Shown one piece after another: positions 1 to 11,300 of a stretch of DNA of 64,000 nucleotides (position 1 is its first letter; every line of letters begins with the position of its first letter). The stretch comes from Azolla caroliniana (Eukaryota > Plantae > Polypodiophyta), in contig JBHGNT010000010.1 in assembly GCA_043228905.1 (NCBI GenBank), positions 434,001-498,000 of the forward strand, given 5' to 3'. The position numbers and the translations under genes are program-made. Under the pieces are notes generated by a model that saw only the letters and a program-made list of their open reading frames with translations, was not told the origin of the DNA and ran no database searches.

Positions 1-1752
1 TTTGAACACAGAAATCCGGGATCACACGAGCCAGGTATGAACATTTTAATTTACTCACGGGCTCTTCTCAACTCCCTCCTCAAATTTGATAATTTCTTCA
101 TTTCTCTCGACCTGAGTTTCAAAATCTTGATTTTTTAATTCCATATCTTAGGTAGCATTGTTAGCTTCGAATCGCATGTTTGAACACAGAAATCCGGGAT
201 CACACGAGCCAGGTATGAACATTTTAAATTACTCACGGGCTCTTCTCAACTCCTTCTTGTAACTTGCTAATTTCTTCATGTCTCTCGACCTGAGTTTCAA
301 AATCTTGATTTTTTAAATCCATATCATAGGTAGTGTTCTTAGCTTCGAATCGCATGTTTGAACACAAAAATCCGATATCACATGGGCCAGGTATGAACAT
401 TTTAATTTAGTCACGGGCTCTTCTCAACTCCCTCTTCTAACTTGCCAATTTCTTCATGTCTCTCGACCTGAGTTTCAAAATCTTGATTTTTTAATTCCAT
501 ATCATAGATAGCGTTGTTAGCTTCGATTCGCATGTTTGAACACAAAAATCCGATATCACATGGGCCAGGTATGAACATTTTAATTTACTCACAGGCTCTT
601 CTCAACTCCCTCTTCTAACTTGCCAATTTCTTCATGTCTCTAGAACTGAGTTTCAAAATCTTGATTTTTTTATTCTATATCATAGCTAGTGTTGTTAGCT
701 TCGATTTGGCATCTTTGAACACAAAAATCCGGGATCACACGAGCCAGGTATGAAAATTTTAATTTACTCACGCGCTCTTCTCAACTCCCTCTTCTAACTT
801 GCCAATTTCTTCATGTCTCTCGACCTGAGTTTCAAAATCTCGATTTTTTAACTCCATATTATATGTAGCGTTGTTAGCTTCGATTCGCATATTTGAACAC
901 TATAATCCGAGATCACATGGGCCAGGTATGAACATTTTAATTTACTCACGGGCTCTTCTCAACTCCCTCCTCAAATTTGGTAATTTGTTCATGTCTCTCG
1001 ACCTGAGTTTCAAAATCTTGATTTTTTAATTCCATATCTTAGGTAGCGTTGTTAGCTTCGAATCGCAAGTTTGAACACAAAAATCCGAGATCACACAAGC
1101 CAGGTATGAACATTTTAAATTAGTCACGGGCTCTTCTCAACTCCTTCTTCTAACTTGCCAATTTCTTCATGTCTCTCGACCTGAGTTTCAAAATCTCGAT
1201 TTTTTAATTCCATATTATATGTAGCGTTTTTAGCTTCGATTCGCATATTTGAACACTACAATCCGAGATCACATGGGCCAGGTATGAACATTTTAATTTA
1301 CTCACGGGCTCTTCTCAACTCCCTCCTCAAATTTGGTAATTTTTTCATGTCTCTCGCCCTGAGTTTCAAAATCTTGTTTTTTTAATTCCATATCATAGGT
1401 AGCGTTGTTAGCTTCGAATCGCATGTTTGAACACAAAAATCCGATATCACATGGGCCAGGTATGAACATTTTAATTTACTCACGGGCTCTTCACAACTCC
1501 CTCCTCAAATTTGGTAATTTTTCCATGTCTCTCGACCTGAGTTTCAAAATCTTGATTTTTTAATTCCATATCTTAGGTAGCGTTGTTAGCTTCGAATCGC
1601 AAGTTTGAACTCAAAAATCCGAGATCACACGAGCCAGGTATGAACATTTTAAATTATTCACGCGCTCTTCTCAACTCCTTCTTGTAACTTGCTAATTTCT
1701 TCATGTCTCTCGACCTGAGTTTCAAAATCTTGATTTTTCAAATCCATATCAT

Positions 1753-1953
1753 AGCCCGTGAGTAACTTAAAATGTTCATACCTGACCCATGTGATATCGG
1801 ACTTTTTTGTTCAAACATGCGATTCGAAGCTAAGAACACTACCTATGATATGGATTTAAAAAATCAAGATTTTGAAACTCAGGTCGAGAGACATGAAGAA
1901 ATTAGCAAGTTACAAGAAGGCGTTGAGAAGAGCGCGTGAATAATTTAAAATGT
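1753..1953 (-). repeat. Inverted satellite segment (~200 bp), the only opposite-orientation tract seen
   Basis: AGCCCGTGAGTAAC...GAATAATTTAAAATGT is the reverse complement of the monomer. Positions 1843-1953 are complementary to 1644-1754. Confidence 0.97.
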
Positions 1954-4900
1954 CTCTCGACCTGAGTTTCAAAATCTTGATTTTTTAATTCCATATCATA
2001 GATAGCGTTGTTAGCTTCGAATCGCATGTTTGAACACAAAAATCCGAGATCACACGAGCCAGGTATGAACATTTTAAATTATTCACGCGCTCTTCTCAAC
2101 TCCTTCTTGTAACTTGCTAATTTCTTCATGTCTCTCGACCTGAGTTTCAAAATCTTGATTTTTTAATTCCATATCTTAGGTAGCGTTGTTAGCTTCGAAT
2201 CGCAAGTTTGAACACAAAAATCCGAGATCACACGAGCCAGGTATGAACATTTTAATTTACTCACGGGCTCTTCTCAACTCCCTCTTCTAACTTGCCACTT
2301 TCTTCATGTCTCTCGACCTGAGTTTCAAAATCTTGATTTTTTAATTCCATATCATAGGTAGCGTTTTAGCTTCGATTCGCATGTTTGAACACAGAAATCC
2401 GGGATCACACGAGCGAGGTATGAACATTTTAATTTACTCACGGGCTCTTCTCAACTCCCTCCTCAAATTTGATAATTTCTTCATTTCTCTCGACCTGAGT
2501 TTCAAAATCTTGATTTTTTAATTCCATATCTTAGGTAGCATTGTTAGCTTCGAATCGCATGTTTGAACACAGAAATCCGGGATCACACGAGCCAGGTATG
2601 AACATTTTAAATTACTCACGCGCTCTTCTCAACTCCTTCTTGTAACTTGCTAATTTCTTCATGTCTCTCGACCTGAGTTTCAAAATCTTGATTTTTTAAA
2701 TCCATATCACAGGTAGTGTTCTTAGCTTCGAATCGCATGTTTGAACACAAAAATCCGATATCACATGGGCCAGGTATGAACATTTTAATTTACTCACGGG
2801 CTCTTCTCAACTCCCTCTTCTAACTTGCCAATTTCTTCATGTCTCTCGACCTGAGTTTCAAAATCTTGATTTTTTAATTCCATATCATAGATAGCGTTGT
2901 GAGCTTCGAATCGCATGTTTGAACACAAAAATCCGAGATCACACGAGCCAGGTATGAACATTTTAATTTACTCACGGGCTCTTCTCAACTCCCTCTTCTA
3001 ACTTGCCAATTTCTTCATGTCTCTCGACCTGAGTTTCAAAATCTTGTTTTTTTAATTCCATATCATAGGTAGCGTTGTTAGCTTCGAATCGCATGTTTGA
3101 ACACAAAAATCCGATATCACATGGGCCAGGTATGAACATTTTAATTTACTCACGGGCTCTTCACAACTCCCTCCTCAAATTTGGTAATTTTTCCATGTCT
3201 CTCGACCTGAGTTTCAAAATCTTGATTTTTTAATTCCATATCTTAGGTAGCGTTGTTAGCTTCGAATCGCAAGTTTGAACACAAAAATCCGGGATCACAC
3301 GAGCCAGGTATGAACATTTTAATTTACTCACGGGCTCCTCTCAACTCCCTCCTCAAATTTGGTAATTTCTTCATGTCTCTCGACCTGAGTTTTAAAATCT
3401 TGATTTTTTAATTCCATATCATAGGTAGCGTTGTTAGCTTCGATTCGCATCTTTGAACATAAAAATCTGGTATCACACGAGCCAGGTATGAACATTTTAA
3501 TTTACTCATGGGCTCTTCTCAACTCCCTCCTCAAATTTGATAATTTCTTCATTTCTCTCGACCTGAGTTTCAAAATCTTGATTTTTTAATTCCATATCTT
3601 AGGTAGCATTGTTAGCTTCGAATCGCATGTTTGAACACAGAAATCCGGGATCACACGAGCCAGGTATGAACATTTTAAATTACTCACGGGCTCTTCTCAA
3701 CTCCCTCTTCTAACTTGCCAATTTCTTCATGTCTCTCGACCTGAGTTTCAAAATCTTGATTTTTTAATTCCATATCATAGATAGCGTTGTTAGCTTCGAT
3801 TCGCAAGTTTGAACACAAAAATCCGAGATCACACGAGCCAGCTATGAACATTTTAATTTACTCACGGGCTCTTCTCAACTCCCTCTTCTAACATGCCAAT
3901 TTCTTCATGTCTCTCGACCTGAGTTTCAAAATCTTGATTTTTTAATTCCATATCATAGGTAGCATTGTTAGCTTCGAATCGCATGTTTGAACAGAAAAAT
4001 CCGATATCACATGGGCCAGGTATGAACATTTTAATTTACTCAGGGGCTCTTCTCAACTCCTTCTTCTAACTTGCCAATTTCTTCATGTCTCTCGCCCTGA
4101 GTTTCAAAATCTTGATTTTTTAATTCCATATCTTAGGTAGCGTTGTGAGCTTCGAATCGCAAGTTTGAACACAAAAATCCGAGATCACACGAGCCAGGTA
4201 TGAACATTTTAATTTACTCACGGGCTCTTCTAATCTCAACTCCCTCTTCTAACTCGCCAATTTCTTCATGTCTCTCGACCTGAGTTTCAAAATCTTGATT
4301 TTTTAATTCCATATCATAGGTAGCGTTGTTAGCTTCGAATCGCATGTTTGAACACAAAAATCCGATATCACATGGGCCAGCTATGAACATTTTAATTTAC
4401 TCACGGGCTCTTCTCAACTCCCTCCTCAAATTTGGTAATTTCTTCATGTCTCTCGACCTGAGTTTTAAAATCTTGATTTTTTAATTCTATATCATAGCTA
4501 GTGTTGTTAGCTTCGATTCGCATCTTTGAACACAAAAATCTGGTATCACACGAGCCAGGTATGAAAATTTTAAATTAGTCACGGGCTCTTCTCAACTCCC
4601 TCCTCAAATTTGGTAATTTCTTCATGTCTCTCGCCCTGAGTTTCAAAATCTTAGGTAGCGTTGTTAGCTTCGAATCGCAAGTTTGAACACAAAAATCCGA
4701 GATCACACGAGCCAGGTATGAACATTTTAATTTACTCACGGGCTCTTCTCAACTCCCTCTTCTAACTCGCGAATTTCTACATGTCTCTCGACCTGAGTGT
4801 CAAAATCTTGATTTTTTAATTCCATATCTTAGGTAGCGTTGTTAGCTTCGAATCGCATGTTTGAACACAAAAATCCGATATCACATGGGCCAGCTATGAA

Positions 4901-5299
4901 CATTTTAATTTACTCACGGGCTCTTCTCAACTCCCTCGTCAAATTTGGGAATTTCTTCATGTCTCTCGACCTGAGTTTCAAAATCTTGATTTTTTAATTC
5001 TATATCTTAGGTAGTGTTCTTAGCTTCGATTCGCATGTTTGAACACAAAAATCCGAGATCACACGAGCCAGGTATGAACATTTTAATTTACTCACGGGCT
5101 CTTCTCAACTCCCTCTTCTAACTTGCCAATTTCTTCATGTCTCTCGACCAAAGTTTCAAAATCCTAATTTTTTAATTCCATATCATAGGTAGCGTTGTTA
5201 GCTTCGAATCGCATGTTTGAACACAAAAATCCGATATCACATGGGCCAGGTATGAACATTTTAATTTACTCACGGGCTCTTCTCAACTCCTTCTTCTAA

Positions 5300-7080
5300 C
5301 TTGCCAATTTCTTCATCTCTCTCGACCTGAGTTTCAAAATCTTGATTTTTTCACTCCATATCTTAGGTAGCGTTGTGAGCTTCGAATCGCAAGTTTGAAC
5401 ACAAAAATCCGAGATCACACGAGCCAGGTATGAACATTTTAATTTACTCACGGGCTCTTCTCAACTCCTTCTTCTAACTTGCCAATTTCTTCATGTCTCT
5501 CGACCTGAGTTTCAAAATCTTGATTTTCTAATTCCATATCTTAGGTAGCGTTGTGAGCTTCGAATCGCAAGTTTGAACACAAAAATCCGAGATCACACGA
5601 GCCAGGTAAGAACATTTTAATTTACTCACGGGCTCTTCTCAACTCCCTCTTCTAACTCGCCAATTTCGTCATGTCTCTCGACCTGAGTTTCAAAATCTTG
5701 ATTTTTTAATTCCATATCTTAGGTAGCGTTGTTAGCTTCGAATCGCATGTTTGAACACAAAAATCCGATATCACATGGGCCAGCTATGAACATTTTAATT
5801 TACTCACGGGCTCTTCTCAACTCCCTCCTCAAATTTGGTAATTTCTTCATGTCTCTCGACCTGAGTTTCAAAATCTTGATTTTTTAATTCCATATCTTAG
5901 GTAGCGTTGTTAGCTTCGAATCGCAAGTTTGAACACAAAAATCCGAGATCACACGAGCCAGGTATGAACATTTTAAATTAGTCACGGGCTCTTCTCAACT
6001 CCTTCTTCTAACTTGCCAATTTCTTCATGTCTCTCGACCTGAGTTTCAAAATCTTGGTTTTTTAATTCCATATCATAGTTAGTGTTTTTAGCTTCGAATC
6101 GCATGCTTGAACACAAAAATCCGATATCACATGGGCCACGTATGACCATTTTAATTTACTCACGGGCTCTTCTCAACTCCCTCTTCTAACTTGCCAATTT
6201 CTTCATGTCTCTCGACCTGAGTTTCAAAATCTTGATTTTTTCACTCCATATCTTAGGTAGCGTTGTGAGCTTCGAATCGCAAGTTTGAACACAAAAATCC
6301 GAGATCACACGAGCCAGGTATGAACATTTTAATTTACTCACGGGCTCTTCTCAACTCCTTCTTCTAACTTGCCAATTTCTTCATGTCTCTCGACCTGAGT
6401 TTCAAAATCTTGATTTTTTAATTCCATATCTTAGGTAGCGTTGTGAGCTTCGAATCGCAAGTTTGAACACAAAAATCCGAGATCACACGAGCCAGGTAAG
6501 AACATTTTAATTTACTCACGGGCTCTTCTCAACTCCCTCTTCTAACTCGCCAATTTCGTCATGTCTCTCGACCTGAGTTTCAAAATCTTGATTTTTTAAT
6601 TCCATATCTTAGGTAGCGTTGTTAGCTTCGAATCGCATGTTTGAACACAAAAATCCGATATCACATGGGCCAGCTATGAACATTTTAATTTACTCACGGG
6701 CTCTTCTCAACTCCCTCCTCAAATTTGGTAATATCTTCATGTCTCTCGACCTGAGTTTCAAAATCTTGATTTTTTAATTCCATATCTTAGGTAGCGTTGT
6801 TAGCTTCGAATCGCAAGTTTGAACACAAAAATCCGAGATCACACGAGCCAGGTATGAACATTTTAAATTAGTCACCGGCTCTTCTCAACTCCTTCTTCTA
6901 ACTTGCCAATTTCTTCATGTCTCTCGACCTGAGTTTCAAAATCTTGATTTTTTAATTCCATATCATAGTTAGTGTTTTTAGCTTCGTATCGCATGCTTGA
7001 ACACAAAAATCCGATATCACATGGGCCACGTATGACCATTTTAATTTACTCACGGGCTCTTCTCAACTCCCTCTTCTAAC
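5300..7080 (+). repeat. 5-monomer (890 bp) tandem duplication; ends approximate
   Basis: Rare markers GCCAGGTAAG at 5601/6491 and GCATGCTTGA at 6101/6991; offset 890 = 5x178. Confidence 0.88.
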
Positions 7081-8349
7081 TTGCCAATTTCTTCATGTCT
7101 CTCGACCTGAGTTTCACAATCTTGATTTCTTAATCCATATCATAGGTAGCATTGTTAGCTTCGAATCGCATGTTTGAACAGAAAAATCCGATATCACATG
7201 GGCCTGGTATGAACATTTTAATTTACTCACGGGCTCTTCTCAACTCCCTCTTCTAAATTGCCAATTTCTTCATGTCTCTCGACCTGAGTTTCAAAATCTT
7301 GATTTTTTAATTCCATATCATAGCTAGTGTTGTTAGCTTCGATTCGCATCTTTGAACACAAAAATCTGGTATCACACGAGCCAGGTATGAACATTTTAAT
7401 TTACTCACGGGCTCTTCTCAACTCCCTCCTCAAATTTGGTAATTTCTTCATGTCTCTCGACCTGAGTTTCAAAATCTTGATTTTTTAATTCCATATCTTA
7501 GGTAGCGTTGTTAGCTTCGATTCGCATGTTTGAACACAAAAATCCGATATCACATGGGCCAGGTATGAACATTTTAATTTACTCACGGGCTCTTCTCAAC
7601 TCCCTCCTCAAATTTGGTAATTTCTTCATGTCTCTCGACCTGAGTTTCAAAATCTTGATTTCTTAATTCCATATCATAGGTAGCGTTGTTAGCTTCGAAT
7701 CGCATGTTTGAACACAAAAATCCGATATCACATGGCCAGGTATGAACATTTTAATTTACTCACGGGCTCTTCTCAACTCCTTCTTCTAACTTGCCAATTT
7801 CTTCATGTCTCTCGACCTGAGTTGCAAAATCTTGATTTTTTAATTCCATATCTTAGGTAACGTTGTGAGCTTCGAATCGCAAGTTTGAACACAAAAATCC
7901 GAGATCACACGAGCCAGGTATGAACATTTTAATTTACTCACGGGCTCTTCTCAACTCCCTCTTCTAACTCGCCAATTTCTTCATGTCTCTCGACCTGAGT
8001 TTCAAAATCTTGATTTTTTAATTCCATATCTTAGGTAGCGTTGTTAGCTTCGAATCGCATGTTTGAACACAAAAATTCGATATCACATAGGCCAGCTATG
8101 AACATTTTAATTTACTCACGGGCTCTTCTCAACTCCCTCCTCAAATTTGGTAATTTCTTCATGTCTCTCGACCTGAATTTCAAAATCTTGATTTTTTAAT
8201 TCCATATCTTAGGTAGCGTTGTTAGCTTCGAATCGCAAGTTTGAACACAAAAATCCGAGATCCCACGAGCCAGGTATGAACATTTTAAATTAGTCACGGG
8301 CTCTTCTGAACTCCTTCTTCTCACTTGCCAATTTCTTCATGTCTCTCGA

Positions 8350-11300
8350 CCTGAGTTTCGAAATCTTGATTTTTTAATTCCATATCATAGCTAATGTTGT
8401 TAGCTTCGATTCGCATCTTTGAACACAAAAATCTGGTATCACAGGAGCCAGGTATGAAAATTTTAAATTAGTCACGAGCTCTTCTCAACTCCCTCCTCAA
8501 ATTTGGTAATTTCTTCATGTCTCTCGCCCTGAGTTTCAAAATCTTGATTTTTTAATTCCATATCTTAGGTAGCGTTGTTAGCTTCGAATCGCAAGTTTGA
8601 ACACAAAAATCCGAGATCACACGAGCCAGGTATGAACATTTTAATTTACTCACGGGCTCTTCTCAACTCCCTCTTCTAACTTGCCAATTTCTTCATGTCT
8701 CTCGACCTGAGTTTCAAAATCCTAATTTTTTAATTCCATATCATAGGTAGCGTTGTTAGCTTCGATTCGCATGTTTGAACACAGAAATCCGGGATCACAC
8801 GAGCGAGGTATGAACATTTTAAATTAGTCACGGGGTCTTCTCAGCTCCCTCCTCAAATTTGGTAATTTCTTCATGTCGCTCGACCTGAGTTTCAAAATCT
8901 TGATTTTTTAATTCCATATCATAGGTAGCGTTGTTAGCTTCGAATCGCATGTTTGAACACAAAAATCCGATATCACATGGGCCAGGTATGAACATTTTAA
9001 TTTACTCACGGGCTCTTCTCAACTCCTTCTTCTAACTTGCCAATTTCTTCATGTCTCTCGACCTGAGTTTCAAAATCTTGATTTTTTCACTCCATATCTT
9101 AGGTAGCGTTGTGAGCTTCGAATCGCAAGTTTGAACACAAAAATCCGAGATCACACGAGCCAGGTATGAACATTTTAATTTACTCACGGGCTCTTCTCAA
9201 CTCCCTCTTCTAACTCGCGAATTTCTACATGTCTCTCGACCTGAGTGTCAAAATCTTGATTTTTTAATTCCATATCTTAGGTAGCGTTGTTAGCTTCGAA
9301 TCGCATGTTTGAACACAAAAATCTGATATCACATGGGCCAGCTATAAACATTTTAATTTACTCACGGGCTCTTCTCAACTCCCTCATCAATTTTGGTAAT
9401 TTCTTCATGTCTCTCGACCTGAGTTTCAAAATATTGATTTTTTAATTCCATATCTTAGGTAGCGTTGTTAGCTTCGAATCGCAAGTTTGAACACAAAAAT
9501 CCGAGATCACACGAGCCAGGTATGAACATTTTAAATTAGTCACGGGCTCTTCGCAACTCCTTTTTCTAACTTGCCAATTTCTTCATGTCTCTCGACCTGA
9601 GTTTCAAAATCTTGATTTTTTAATTCCATATCATAGTTAGTGTTTTTAGCTTCGATTCGCATGTTTGAACACAAAAATCCGATATCACATGGGCCACGTA
9701 TGACCATTTTAATTTACTCACGGGCTCTTCTCAACTCCGTCTTCTAAATTGCCAATTTCTTCATGTCTCTCGACCTGAGTTTCAAAATCTTGATTTTTTA
9801 ATTCCATATCATAGGTAGCGTTGTTAGCTTCGAATCGCATGTTTGAACACAAAAATCCGATATCACATGGGCCAGGTATGAACATTTTAATTTACTCACG
9901 GGCTCTTCTCAACTCCTTCTTCTAACTTGCCAATTTCTTCATCTCTCTCGACCTGAGTTTCAAAATCTTGATTTTTTCACTCCATATCTTAGGTAGCGTT
10001 GTGAGCTTCGAATCGCAAGTTTGAACACAAAAATCCGAGATCACACGAGCCAGGTATGAACATTTTAATTTACTCACGGGCTCTTCTCAACTCCTTCTTC
10101 TAACTTGCCAATTTCTTCATGTCTCTCGACCTGGGTTGCAAAATCTTGATTTTTTAATTCCATATCTTAGGTAACGTTGTGAGCTTCGAATCGCAAGTTT
10201 GAACACAAAAATCCGAGATCACACGAGCCAGGTATGAACATTTTAATTTACTCACGGGCTCTTCTAACTCGCCAATTTCTTCATGTCTCTCGACCTGAGT
10301 TTCAAAATATTGATTTTTTAATTCCATATCTTAGGTAGCGTTGTTAGCTTCGAATCGCAAGTTTGAACACAAAAATCCGAGATCACATGGGCCACGTATG
10401 ACCATTTTAATTTACTCACGGGCTCTTCTAACTCGCCAATTTCTTCATGTCTCTCGACCTGAGTTTCAAAATATTGATTTTTTAATTCCATATCTTAGGT
10501 AGCGTTGTTAGCTTCGAATCGCAAGTTTGAACACAAAAATCCGAGATCACACGAGCCAGGTATGAACATTTTAAATTAGTCACGGGCTCTTCTCCACTCC
10601 TTCTTCTAACTTGCCAATTTCTTCATGTCTCTCGACCTGAGTTTCAAAATCTTGATTTTTTAATTCCATATCATAGTTAGTGTTTTTAGCTTCGATTCGC
10701 ATGTTTGAACACAAAAATCCGATATCACATGGGCCACGTATGACCATTTTAATTTACTCACGGGCTCTTCTCAACTCCCTCTTCTAACTTGCCAATTTCT
10801 TCATGTCTCTCGACCTGAGTTTCACAATCTTGATTTTTTAATCCATATCATAGGTAGCATTGTTAGCTTCGAAACGCATGTTTGAACAGAAAAATCCGAT
10901 ATCACATGGGCCTGGTATGAACATTTTAATTTACTCACGGGCTCTTCTCAACTCCCTCTTCTAACTTGCCAATTTCTTCATGTCTCTCGACCTGAGTTTC
11001 AAAATCTTGATTTTTTAATTCCATATCATAGCTAGTGTTGTTAGCTTCGATTCGCATCTTTGAACACAAAAATCTGGTATCACACGAGCCAGGTATGAAC
11101 ATTTTAATTTACTCACGGGCTCTTCTCAACTCCCTCCTCAAATTTGGTAATTTCTTCATGTCTCTCGACCTGAGTTTCAAAATCTTGATTTTTTAATTCC
11201 ATATCTTAGGTAGCGTTGTTAGCTTTGATTCGCATGTTTGAACACAAAAATCCGGGATCACACGAGCGAGGTATGAACATTTTAATTTACTCACGCGCTC

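Noticed and set aside
1-178. Identification as Arabidopsis CEN178, alpha satellite with a CENP-B box, or a 5S rDNA/tRNA tandem unit
   Set aside because: Only the length is similar. I see no recognisable sequence match, no canonical CENP-B box, and no 5S or tRNA structure.
1644-1953. MITE or foldback transposon, or a miRNA hairpin
   Set aside because: The tract is composed wholly of satellite sequence, has no target-site duplication, and is fully explained by local template switching.
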